Source: Chloroflexi bacterium HGW-Chloroflexi-1
GTDB lineage: Bacteria > Chloroflexota > Anaerolineae > CG2-30-64-16
NCBI GenBank assembly: GCA_002842085.1
Contig: PHCA01000006.1
Coordinates: 1 to 39,927, forward strand
DNA length: 39,927 bases
Direction: 5' to 3'
Position numbers and translations under genes: made by a program. The notes beneath the pieces were generated by a model. The model was not told the origin of the DNA and searched no databases. It saw only the letters and a program-made list of their open reading frames with translations. This document shows positions 23,419 to 31,883 of the stretch, in pieces. The first letter of the stretch is position 1. Every line of letters starts with the position of its first letter.

Positions 23419-23596
23419 AGAGTACCTCGTTGTCCGCCACCGGGCCGTAGCTGGTGCGCGCCCGGCGCCGTCTGCGGCAGCGAGCCTGGCGCCAGGGTAT
23501 TCGCCCGGCCGTGCACGCACAGCCGGGCGATGACGGATAAGGAGAGCGGAATCTTTATAAGCGTGAGCCGTGAACTCGGGCGGGATGTCCAGGCTG

Positions 23597-25930
23597 CTAG
23601 CCAGCTTGGACTTGGCGGATGCTCACAGCGCCGGCGCAGGTGCGGCGGTCGGCCGGCGCATCCGCGGGCATACCCCACAGGGTGATAGCCAGGAACAGCT
23701 CAGCGCCAGGTGGCGTGGCCGGAATCCTGATCCGTACCTCTTTCCATCGCTCCCAGATGCTCACACCGTTTATGTCCACCCCAAGCAGATCCGGCGTCCT
23801 GGCGATCACATTGCCACCCTCCTGCCCGGGCGCCCTGGCGAGAACGGCGACGTCTTTGATAGACGTCCCCCAGGCGCTATCAATGAAGTCAAAGCCGATA
23901 TGGAAGCTCCCTCCCGCTGAGGGAACCAGGTCCGCCAGGCCCAGGAGCAAGAACGCCTCCTGCCCATGCTGAAAATCGTCGGCCGACCACCGGCCCACCG
24001 GCCGCAAGCGCCATGCCGGCTGCGGATCGGGTACCCCCCGAGAGACCGCGACCTGGCGCAGGGCGTCACAGGTGCGCAAGAGGACGCCAGCGGTATCCAG
24101 CAAACGGGTTGGCAACTTCTCCCCCGTCTGGCTGCTAATGCGCTCACCCCACTCCGGAAGCCGCGTGCGCAGCGTGCAGGCGCACGCATCCAGTCGGTCA
24201 AGAGCGGCTGACAGGCTCTGTCGGCTCTCGACATCCAGCGCCGGTGTTTTGAGCAGCGCCGTGATCGAGTGCAGTAGCTCCAGAGCCTGCAGCCCGGCCA
24301 GGATGCACTCAGATTCAGCGCGCATGTCCGCGTTACCGGCTTCCTGAGCCAGTTCGAGCGCCTGCTGGGCTGTGGCAAGCGCCTGTTGCAGCTCACCAAC
24401 GTCAGTCAGGTCTGCCGTCTCGAAGCGGTGATCCGCTTTCCTCCCTTTCCCTTTTTGGAAACCAAGAGTCGGGTCATTGATCAGCGCCAGGAAGAGCCGG
24501 CTCTCGGCCAGAGTCCAGCCGGCCTCCCCGACAGCCAGGGCCCAGCGTACCCAGCGCGACAGGTCGGGTTCAGTCATGCCGGTGCTGCTTGCGTAGGCAC
24601 GCGCAAATTCCTCGGGCGAGCGGCCCTGGGCGTTCCAGGTCCACTCGGCTTCGGCCATCACATTGAACTCGTGGAAGCGATTGGAGGGCACGGCGTAGCC
24701 GATCATGCAGCTCAGCCCCTTCTGCACGAACTCCTGCGCCCGATAGTGAATGAATTGCGGCGCCGTCCACGGAAAAACGGTGCGCCAGGCATGGGTGATC
24801 TGAGGATACACGCCCAACCAGCGCCCGGAGCGAGCATACTCCTCTAGCAGGGGGTAGATCATCGGTTGGCGAGAGGAGTCATAGGTGCGCCCGCCATCGT
24901 AATAGGTGACCCCCACGCTCTCTGGCGCTGCGGCTAGAATCTTGTCATTGACGGGATAGCTGCCCTGAGTGGTCAACAGACGCAGACGGACGTGCGGGTG
25001 AGCCTCTTCGATGCTGGCGAAGGCATTGACGATACAGGCCGCCTCCAGGCCGTACGGTTCTTTACCGATGCACTTGGGGCAGAAACAAGGAGCAGCGCTT
25101 TCGGAAAACCAGACCATGATGTCGGTCACACCTGCGGTTTCCGCCATGCGGGCCAACCAGCTCTGCACCAATTTCTGGGTTGCCGGGCTCGACATACACA
25201 GGCCGGGGGTATAGTCGCTGGGCAATGGCCTGGCAGGATCCGGGGTGCTGATTAGCTCTGACCGCTCCATCAGGCCGGCATAGCGCGAGACCGTCTCCAG
25301 GTGCGGGAAATAGGGGACGACTTTCACGCCCAACTCGGCGCCCTGGCTCAGCAACTGCTGGTCTACTACGCCCAACTCGGCGCTGACTTCGACCACATTC
25401 AGTTTCCACTGGGAGGTCCAGGCCAGGTCGCTGGCCACATTGCCACCCCATTGGCCGCGCTCGCTCAGATCGGGCCAATCGAGGATCTTGGGTAGCGGCA
25501 GCTCCAGCTCGGTCTCTGGCGTGAGCGCGGCCGGCGCTTGTACCAGTTGCGCCAGCGTGCGCGCCGCGTACAAAAGCCCCACCGGACTTGCCGCCACCAG
25601 CAGGCGCCCCTCCCTCTCAGCGAGGGGCAGAATGGCGTAAGCTTGTTCTCGGTTGGGCAGCCCCAGGAGGCGGTCCCTGACCTCAGCGGTCTCATCGTCC
25701 AGCAGGGCCAGTCGAATGATGAACGACGCATCTTCCTCCGTCGCTAATGTAAACCCGCTCAGCAGTCCAATGGCCGTCCTGACCGGTGGCACGAGCGCGG
25801 TGCGGATGCTCAGGCCGATCTGATCGGCACGATATCGCTGGCTGCCGCTGATCTCGATCTCTTTCGGCAGCGGGATGACGCGGTTGGCCCACTGTTGGGC
25901 CTGCGGATCGGTTCCTTTGGCGATTGTCAT
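23597..25930 (-). CDS. Large GH20-like/DUF4838-like putative glycoside hydrolase
   Basis: N-terminal GH20b-like segment (VIPLPKEIEI...ILDWPDLSERGQWG) and a CFCPKC motif that I associate with DUF4838. Assignment is from memory only. Confidence 0.45.
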   Translation of the reverse strand: MTIAKGTDPQAQQWANRVIPLPKEIEISGSQRYRADQIGLSIRTALVPPVRTAIGLLSGFTLATEEDASFIIRLALLDDETAEVRDRLLGLPNREQAYAILPLAEREGRLLVAASPVGLLYAARTLAQLVQAPAALTPETELELPLPKILDWPDLSERGQWGGNVASDLAWTSQWKLNVVEVSAELGVVDQQLLSQGAELGVKVVPYFPHLETVSRYAGLMERSELISTPDPARPLPSDYTPGLCMSSPATQKLVQSWLARMAETAGVTDIMVWFSESAAPCFCPKCIGKEPYGLEAACIVNAFASIEEAHPHVRLRLLTTQGSYPVNDKILAAAPESVGVTYYDGGRTYDSSRQPMIYPLLEEYARSGRWLGVYPQITHAWRTVFPWTAPQFIHYRAQEFVQKGLSCMIGYAVPSNRFHEFNVMAEAEWTWNAQGRSPEEFARAYASSTGMTEPDLSRWVRWALAVGEAGWTLAESRLFLALINDPTLGFQKGKGRKADHRFETADLTDVGELQQALATAQQALELAQEAGNADMRAESECILAGLQALELLHSITALLKTPALDVESRQSLSAALDRLDACACTLRTRLPEWGERISSQTGEKLPTRLLDTAGVLLRTCDALRQVAVSRGVPDPQPAWRLRPVGRWSADDFQHGQEAFLLLGLADLVPSAGGSFHIGFDFIDSAWGTSIKDVAVLARAPGQEGGNVIARTPDLLGVDINGVSIWERWKEVRIRIPATPPGAELFLAITLWGMPADAPADRRTCAGAVSIRQVQAG

Positions 25931-25952
25931 GACTGAAATCCTTTCTGAATTG

Positions 25953-26020
25953 GTAACTACTCAGCCCGTCATTGCTTCGTCGCAAACTACGCTCCTCGCA
26001 ATGACAGGCTGAGTAGTTAC
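25953..26020. mobile_element. Short (68 bp) MITE copy with intact GTAACTACTCAGC termini
   Basis: gtaactactcagcccgtcattgcttcgtcgcaaactacgctcctcgcaatgacaggctgagtagttac. Confidence 0.85.
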
Positions 26021-26024
26021 GAGA

Positions 26025-26921
26025 CTAGCCCTTGATCGCCCCGGTGAGCATCCCCTTGGCGAAGTACTTCTGCAGGAAGGGATAAACGAAGAGGATCGGG
26101 ATAGTCGACAGGACCACGGTCGCCATCTTGAGGGACTGGCCGGGAATCTGTTTCAGCAGCTCGGTGTCTTTCAGCATCTGCTGACCCAAGCCGCTCGTCC
26201 CGGTTGCAAAGGTCAGGATGCTTTGGAGCACCATCGCCACGGGATACAGCCCGACATCGCGGATATAAATCACGGATGTCAGATAGTCGTTCCAGTGACC
26301 CACAGCAGCGAACAGCCCGAGGGCCATGTAGACCGGCATGGAGAGGGGCAAGACTACCCGCAGCAGCACCTGCAGTTCGTCCGCGCCGTCCAGGATGGCG
26401 GCTTCTTCGAGCTCCTTGGGCAACTCCATGAAGAACTGACGGAAGATGAAAATTGACCAGGCGCTCACCGCGCCGGGGACCACGTATATCCAAAAAGTGT
26501 TCACCAGGCCCAGGGTCCGGCACAGGACGAAGAACGGGATCAGCCCCGGGCCAAACAGGAAGGAAATGAGCAGGATGATGAGCCACACTTTGCGGCCGAA
26601 CAGGTAACTCTTGGAGAGCGCGTAGCCGGCCATGCTGCACAGCGCCAGGTGCAGGCTGGTGCCCACCAGGACCCGCGCCACACTGATGACGAACGCGTCC
26701 AGGAGCTGGCCTGTCTGGAGCGCCAGTTGGTACGCGTAGAAAGTCACCTTGGGTGGGAACATCACGTAGCCGCCGTACTGCTGCAGCACGGCCTGCGGCG
26801 TCAGCGAGGCGGAAACGACGAACAGAAACGGCGCCACACAGACCAGGGCGACCAGGATCACGCCCGCGTGCGCCAAGACCTGGTAAATTTTCTCGCTCAA
26901 CGTCATGCGGATGCCCGGCAT
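26025..26921 (-). CDS. Carbohydrate ABC transporter permease
   Basis: Six TM helices and an EAA-type loop (ELEEAAILDGADELQVL). AAGGAGG upstream. Confidence 0.9.
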   Translation of the reverse strand: MPGIRMTLSEKIYQVLAHAGVILVALVCVAPFLFVVSASLTPQAVLQQYGGYVMFPPKVTFYAYQLALQTGQLLDAFVISVARVLVGTSLHLALCSMAGYALSKSYLFGRKVWLIILLISFLFGPGLIPFFVLCRTLGLVNTFWIYVVPGAVSAWSIFIFRQFFMELPKELEEAAILDGADELQVLLRVVLPLSMPVYMALGLFAAVGHWNDYLTSVIYIRDVGLYPVAMVLQSILTFATGTSGLGQQMLKDTELLKQIPGQSLKMATVVLSTIPILFVYPFLQKYFAKGMLTGAIKG

Positions 26922-26931
26922 GGCTGCCTCC

Positions 26932-27930
26932 TTACGAGGATCCCCAGAGTCCCTGGCCGGCGAAACGCCGGGCCAGCTTGTTGGCGACCAGGATCAGGAT
27001 CAACCCGATCACCGACTTCCAGAAGCCGACCGCAGTGCCCAGCCCGAACTCGGCGCCCATCAGGCCGCGGCGGAAGACCCAGGTGTCAATGATGTCCCCC
27101 ACGTCGTAGGTCAGCGGGGTGAGGAACAGGTACACCTGCTCGAAGCCCGCGCTCAGGACACCCGCCAGGCTCAGCGTCAGCAGCAGCACGGCCACCGGCT
27201 TGAGGCTCGGGATGTCGAGGTACCGGATGCGGTGGTGCCACTCGGCGCCGTCTACCGTGGCCGCTTCGTACAGCTCCGGCTCGACCCCCGAGAGCACAGC
27301 CAGGTAGATGATCATGCCCCAGCCGATCTCCTTCCAGATGCCGCTGAAGACCACCAGCGGCCGGAAGTAGACGGAGTTCATGAAGAGGTCCGGCAGATGG
27401 AGGCCGATGCTGCGGAGCATCGTAGTCAGCACCCCGCTGCCGGGGCTCAGCAACACCAGCACGATGCCCCAGACGACCGGCCACGACACGAAGTGCGGCA
27501 GGTAGGTGACGGACTGGCAGATCCGCCGCACCCGGTTGAGCCGCAGGTTGTGGGTGAGGATGGCCAGGATGATCGGGGGGAAGAATCCGGCCGCCAGGCG
27601 CATGGCGCTCAGGATCACGGTGTTCGCGAGCACCTGCCAGAAGTCAGGCGCCTCGAAGGCCCTGGTGATGTTGCCGAACCCGATCCAGGGGCTCTTCCAG
27701 ATGCCCAGCATGACCTTGTAGTCCTTGAAGACCATCGGGATAGTCAACAACGTGGGGTAGAAGTTGAAGACCACGATCCAGATGATCGCCGGGGCCAGCA
27801 GGAGCAAGAGCAGCCACTGCTGCCGCAGGATGGTCAGCAGGCTCTTCTTACGCCTTTCGGGCATGGCCAGTACCGCTGCCACCGCGCCGGTCTGTCGAGC
27901 AGCCGCCGGAACCGCATCCGAGATAGCCAT
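26932..27930 (-). CDS. Carbohydrate ABC transporter permease (LplB-like)
   Basis: TM-rich, with ELYEAATVDGAEWHHRIRYLDIP (EAA loop). Confidence 0.9.
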   Translation of the reverse strand: MAISDAVPAAARQTGAVAAVLAMPERRKKSLLTILRQQWLLLLLLAPAIIWIVVFNFYPTLLTIPMVFKDYKVMLGIWKSPWIGFGNITRAFEAPDFWQVLANTVILSAMRLAAGFFPPIILAILTHNLRLNRVRRICQSVTYLPHFVSWPVVWGIVLVLLSPGSGVLTTMLRSIGLHLPDLFMNSVYFRPLVVFSGIWKEIGWGMIIYLAVLSGVEPELYEAATVDGAEWHHRIRYLDIPSLKPVAVLLLTLSLAGVLSAGFEQVYLFLTPLTYDVGDIIDTWVFRRGLMGAEFGLGTAVGFWKSVIGLILILVANKLARRFAGQGLWGSS

Positions 27931-27952
27931 GTTCTATCCTCATGCTGAGGTC

Positions 27953-28032
27953 GCGTTCAAAAATAACCTGGTTGTTTCGCGGTAAAATTGCACGGAAGAG
28001 CGGCCTGAAAGTACGGAGTTATTTTTGAACGC
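27953..28032. other. 15-bp perfect inverted repeat separated by 50 nt in the SBP-permease intergenic region
   Basis: gcgttcaaaaataac (27953-27967) / gttatttttgaacgc (28018-28032). Confidence 0.7.
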
Positions 28033-28116
28033 TTACTGAGTATAGCAGAACCGCTCCCGATCACCAAAACGAGCACGCGGGCCAAACCCCACGTGCTCGT
28101 CTGAGCCTGGATCCGC

Positions 28117-28268
28117 GTAACTACTCAGCCGCCGTGTCATTGCGAGCGTTTTTTGCGAAGCAATCTCGGATTGCCGCAATCGAGATTGTCGCAATCTCCT
28201 GGCACTGAACGCGAGGATTGCTTCGTCGGCAAAAAACGCCTCCTCGCAATGACAAGCTGAGTAGTTAC
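28117..28268. mobile_element. Full-length 152-bp MITE with 13-bp terminal inverted repeats and an 8-bp target-site duplication
   Basis: TIR gtaactactcagc / gctgagtagttac, flanked on both sides by ggatccgc (28109-28116 and 28269-28276). Confidence 0.9.
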
Positions 28269-28289
28269 GGATCCGCAGTCTTCCCAAAC

Positions 28290-30167
28290 TTACAGCGGGA
28301 TGCGCGGGTCAATGCCGGTGACCTTTGCGCCCTGCTCCTGTATGGTCTTCAAGGTCTCCTTGAGCAAATCCGCGGCCTTATACTTGGTGAGCAACTCCTT
28401 CACGTACGCGTCCCACTCACTGAGGGGCCGCTGGCCGAGCACGAACTTCAGCTCGTTGCCGTAGACAAACTTCCGCACGTCGGCCCGGACGTTGGCGTCG
28501 CCCCGCAGCGAGATGGGGATGTAGTACTCCTCGTCCTTGAGCTCGGCCCACCAGGGGTACCAGTACTTGCTCATCCACACGTCCTGGTCGGGAATGCCCG
28601 TGTCCTCGAGCTTGCCCGGCGCGTAGGCGTAGCTGCCCCACTTGGACCACACCGAGATGGCCACCGGCCGCCACTCCGGGAAGCCGGCAGCCAGTTTTTC
28701 GTCCTTCCACCACGGGCACTTCTTCAGGAGATCGGCGCTGGCCTGCTCCATCTGCTCTTTCGTCGGCGCGAGCTGCTTGACGAACGGGCCAGCATCTTCA
28801 TACTTGCTGAAGCACTCTGCGCCATCGAACGGCGGATCCATGTTGTAGAGCCGGTAATAGGTGGCCTTGTACGCGCTGCTATAGGGATTGGCGAACTCGT
28901 CCTGGATGTGCAGGACGCGCTTCAGCCGGCCCTCGTCCTTGAGCAGCGCGGCCGACAACTGCTCCGAAACCCCGGGCAGGGTCTTGATGCCCCAGCGCTT
29001 CTCGCCGGTCGGGCCGGTCACCCACTTCACGAACTTCAACTTGGGCAGGTTACCCTGGGTGCCGACGATGCCGTACACGCCCCAGGCGCCAGCGACCAGG
29101 ATGCCCCAGTCGCCCGGCCCCAGCTTGGCCTGACCGTCGGCGCCTTCCCACAGATACCAGTCCTCGGCCACCAGCTTGGCGTCGATGAACTTCTTGACGT
29201 AGGCCAGGAACTCCTTGCGCGCGGGCAACGCATTCCCCCAGGAGAGGGTGTCCTGCTCCCAGAAGGCTGAGCCCGGGCAGCCGAACGCATAAGCCAGATG
29301 GGCGAAGCCGCCCAACGGGTCGTCGTCCTTGACGATCCATCCCGGCGAGAACGGGGTCTTGCAGCCCACCTTGGCCGCATTGGCCTGGATCGCCTTAGCC
29401 AGCTCGAAGAGGTCGTCGGTGGTCTGCGGCGCCTTGAGGCCCAGCGTCTCCAGCCAGTCCTTGCGCACGTAGATGCCTTGCTGCGGCTCGCCGGTGAACG
29501 TGGGCCGGGCGAAGGCCACCGTTTTGCCCTTGACCGTGGTGGCGTTGAAATAGAAGTCCTTGCCGCCGGAGGCCTCGATCAGGCGCAGGTAGTTCGGGCA
29601 GTATTGCTCGATATACGGCCGCAGGTCCGCGATGGCCACGCCGTCGTCGGCCAGCTTCGTCGCCTGAGACAGGTTGTCAGGCCACCAGACGTCCGGCGCG
29701 CCCTCGCCCGAGGCCACCCGCAGGTTGACGTCCTGGAAGACCCCCGGCTGCGACGCGATGAGCTCGAAGTCCACGTTGAAGAGCTTGTCGATGTATTTCT
29801 TGACGTAGTCTATCTCGGGATTGGGCGAGCCCTGATTGTACCAGCTCCCGCGCATCCACTGGATCTTGTACTTCTTCGCCATGTCGTCGTAAACATACGA
29901 GCCCGCGGGCGCTGGCGTGAACCCGGCCGTGAACTCGTTCACGTCGAAGGGCAGCGTAGGGGGGGCAGTGATGACCTTCTCGACTTCTTTGGTCACGACC
30001 TTCTCGGCAACCACGGTCTCCTTGACGGGCACGGTCTCCTTGACGACGACCGTTTCCTTGACCACCTGCGGGGTGGACGGGACACAGGATGCCAGGGCGG
30101 TGGCGCCGGCGGCCACGCCGACCATCCGCAGGAACTCGCGACGGCTCTTGGACGATTTGCCGCTCAT
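28290..30167 (-). CDS. Large extracellular solute-binding lipoprotein of a carbohydrate ABC transporter
   Basis: MSGKSSKSRREFLRMVGVAAGATALASC (Tat-like lipoprotein signal). About 625 aa, SBP family-1 style. GGAGG upstream of ATG 30167. Confidence 0.85.
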   Translation of the reverse strand: MSGKSSKSRREFLRMVGVAAGATALASCVPSTPQVVKETVVVKETVPVKETVVAEKVVTKEVEKVITAPPTLPFDVNEFTAGFTPAPAGSYVYDDMAKKYKIQWMRGSWYNQGSPNPEIDYVKKYIDKLFNVDFELIASQPGVFQDVNLRVASGEGAPDVWWPDNLSQATKLADDGVAIADLRPYIEQYCPNYLRLIEASGGKDFYFNATTVKGKTVAFARPTFTGEPQQGIYVRKDWLETLGLKAPQTTDDLFELAKAIQANAAKVGCKTPFSPGWIVKDDDPLGGFAHLAYAFGCPGSAFWEQDTLSWGNALPARKEFLAYVKKFIDAKLVAEDWYLWEGADGQAKLGPGDWGILVAGAWGVYGIVGTQGNLPKLKFVKWVTGPTGEKRWGIKTLPGVSEQLSAALLKDEGRLKRVLHIQDEFANPYSSAYKATYYRLYNMDPPFDGAECFSKYEDAGPFVKQLAPTKEQMEQASADLLKKCPWWKDEKLAAGFPEWRPVAISVWSKWGSYAYAPGKLEDTGIPDQDVWMSKYWYPWWAELKDEEYYIPISLRGDANVRADVRKFVYGNELKFVLGQRPLSEWDAYVKELLTKYKAADLLKETLKTIQEQGAKVTGIDPRIPL

Positions 30168-30322
30168 GGGTTTTTCCTCCTTAATGGTTGGTGCTGTCTG
30201 AATCTGGCTGTTCCTGAGCGTAGGCGGCGTTGTCGGCCAGACAACGCGCCGGGCTGGGGGACAAGAAGCGGGGCTGGATGGCCGTTGCACCTCCTTGGGG
30301 GTCTGTGATATACTGATCTCGC

Positions 30323-30545
30323 GTAACTACTCAGCTTGTCATTGCGAGGGCCTCGCTGTGGCGAGGGCCTCGCTGTGGCGAGGGCCTCGCTGTGGCGAGG
30401 GGCGTAGTTTGCGGTTGCGAGGGACGAAGCAAAGCAATCTTCGCTATGGTGGGGATTGCGGCAATCCCGATTGCGGCAATCGAGATTGCGGCAATCGAGA
30501 TTGCTTCGCAAACTGCGCTCGCAATGACAGAGGGCTGATGAGACC
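30323..30545. mobile_element. Expanded MITE copy with internal tandem arrays
   Basis: Starts gtaactactcagcttgtcattgcgag. Internal 17-bp unit gcgagggcctcgctgtg x3 and near-palindromic gattgcggcaatc(ga) x3. The right end is degenerate (gcaatgacagagggctgatgagac). Confidence 0.8.
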
Positions 30546-30629
30546 CTCACAGCTTAAGAGGCAATATAACACAAAGCCAGGCCGCAGTACAGCCCTTTAC
30601 GGTCATCGAGAGGTCGCGGAGAGGACACA

Positions 30630-31883
30630 TTGAACGAAAGGCCCAACAACCAGGTCGGTGCTGCGTTCGTGCGCGACCTGCGGCAGGCGTTGCACAACTC
30701 CTACGATCCCTCTGAGCTGGGTAAAAGCCCCCTGGTCAGGCTCTTCGGCCTGCAGCGGCATCCTGATCCTGCGCTGTCGTTGCGCCGCGTCCTGGTCGAA
30801 GCCATCGAGTCGCTGAAGCCCGGCAGCGACGTCCCTCCCCACGCCAGCGCCTGGCGCTATTACCAGGTGCTGGATCGGCGCTTCGTAGAACAAATCCCCC
30901 AACGGGACATCTCTATCAGCATGGCGCTCAGCGTCCGCCAGTTGCGGCGGCAGGAGGTGGCGGCCCTCCGGGTGCTGGCCGACCAGTTGTGGGGCCGCTA
31001 TGGCCTGCAGCTCCAGGCCGGCCGGGTTCCGGTTGCGGGGGAAGCTCCGCCCGCCGAGGCAGAGGAGGTCGGCGCAGACCGGGAGATCGAATGGCTGAGG
31101 ACGACCCTGCCCCTCGAGCTGACCGACGTCGCCGAATTCGTCCAAAGTGTCATCCAGACGATCGGCCCGCTCTGCCAGGCTGCCCAGGTTCTGGTGGAGC
31201 TGGCCCTGCCCGTCAGGCTGCCGCGCCTGGCCGTGCAGCCGACCACGCTGCGGCAGGCGTTGATCAGCATTCTCACCGTCGCGGCGCGCTGTGTGCGCGG
31301 CGGGCGAGTTTGCCTCGAAGCTCAGGTACACGGCGACCGGGCTTGCCTCGAAGTCCGTGTGGAGGCGTCGCGGAGACACGCGGCGCCGGCCCCGTTGACG
31401 CAGGAGGACCGCGAGGGCCTGGAATTGGCTCGCCAACTGGTGGCGCTCTCCGGCGGCGTCCTGGAGCTCGAGCTGGAACCCCAGCGGGGACGCCTCTTCT
31501 CCGCCCGTCTCGTCCTGCCGGCGGCCCAAGAACTGACCGTGTTGATCATCGACGACAATGCCGACACGCTGCACCTGTTCCAGCGCTACCTGGCCGGCAG
31601 CCGCTACTCCGTGCTGGCCATCCAGCACCCAGGGCGGGCGCTGGAGCTGGCGCAGGAGATGCAGCCCGCGTTCATCGTGCTCGACGTGATGCTGCCGGGC
31701 GTGGACGGCTGGGAGCTCCTGGGCCGACTGCGCGAGCATCCGGCCACGCGGGGCATCCCGATCATCGTCTGCACGATCCTGCCCCAGGAGCGCCTGGCCA
31801 TGACCCTGGGCGCGGCCGCGTTCCTGCGCAAGCCGGTCAGCCGGACGACCCTGCTGGCTGCGCTGGACGCCCAGGCGGGGTAG
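30630..31883 (+). CDS. Multidomain regulator: sigma70-region-4-like HTH N-terminus, degenerate HATPase-like middle domain, C-terminal receiver domain
   Basis: N-terminus LHNSYDPSELGKSPL...AWRYYQVLDRRFVEQ...LSVRQLRRQEVAALRVLA. C-terminal REC domain VLIIDDNADTL...FIVLDVMLPGVDGWELL...PIIVCT...FLRKP. TTG start as in the ORF track. Confidence 0.65.
   Translation: MNERPNNQVGAAFVRDLRQALHNSYDPSELGKSPLVRLFGLQRHPDPALSLRRVLVEAIESLKPGSDVPPHASAWRYYQVLDRRFVEQIPQRDISISMALSVRQLRRQEVAALRVLADQLWGRYGLQLQAGRVPVAGEAPPAEAEEVGADREIEWLRTTLPLELTDVAEFVQSVIQTIGPLCQAAQVLVELALPVRLPRLAVQPTTLRQALISILTVAARCVRGGRVCLEAQVHGDRACLEVRVEASRRHAAPAPLTQEDREGLELARQLVALSGGVLELELEPQRGRLFSARLVLPAAQELTVLIIDDNADTLHLFQRYLAGSRYSVLAIQHPGRALELAQEMQPAFIVLDVMLPGVDGWELLGRLREHPATRGIPIIVCTILPQERLAMTLGAAAFLRKPVSRTTLLAALDAQAG

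Noticed and set aside
30227-30247. 8-bp inverted repeat gcgttgtc-N5-gacaacgc in the SBP 5' leader as a sugar-repressor operator
   Set aside because: It does not resemble the LacI/ROK-type operator consensus I know. No cognate repressor gene is adjacent. It is noted but too weak to call.
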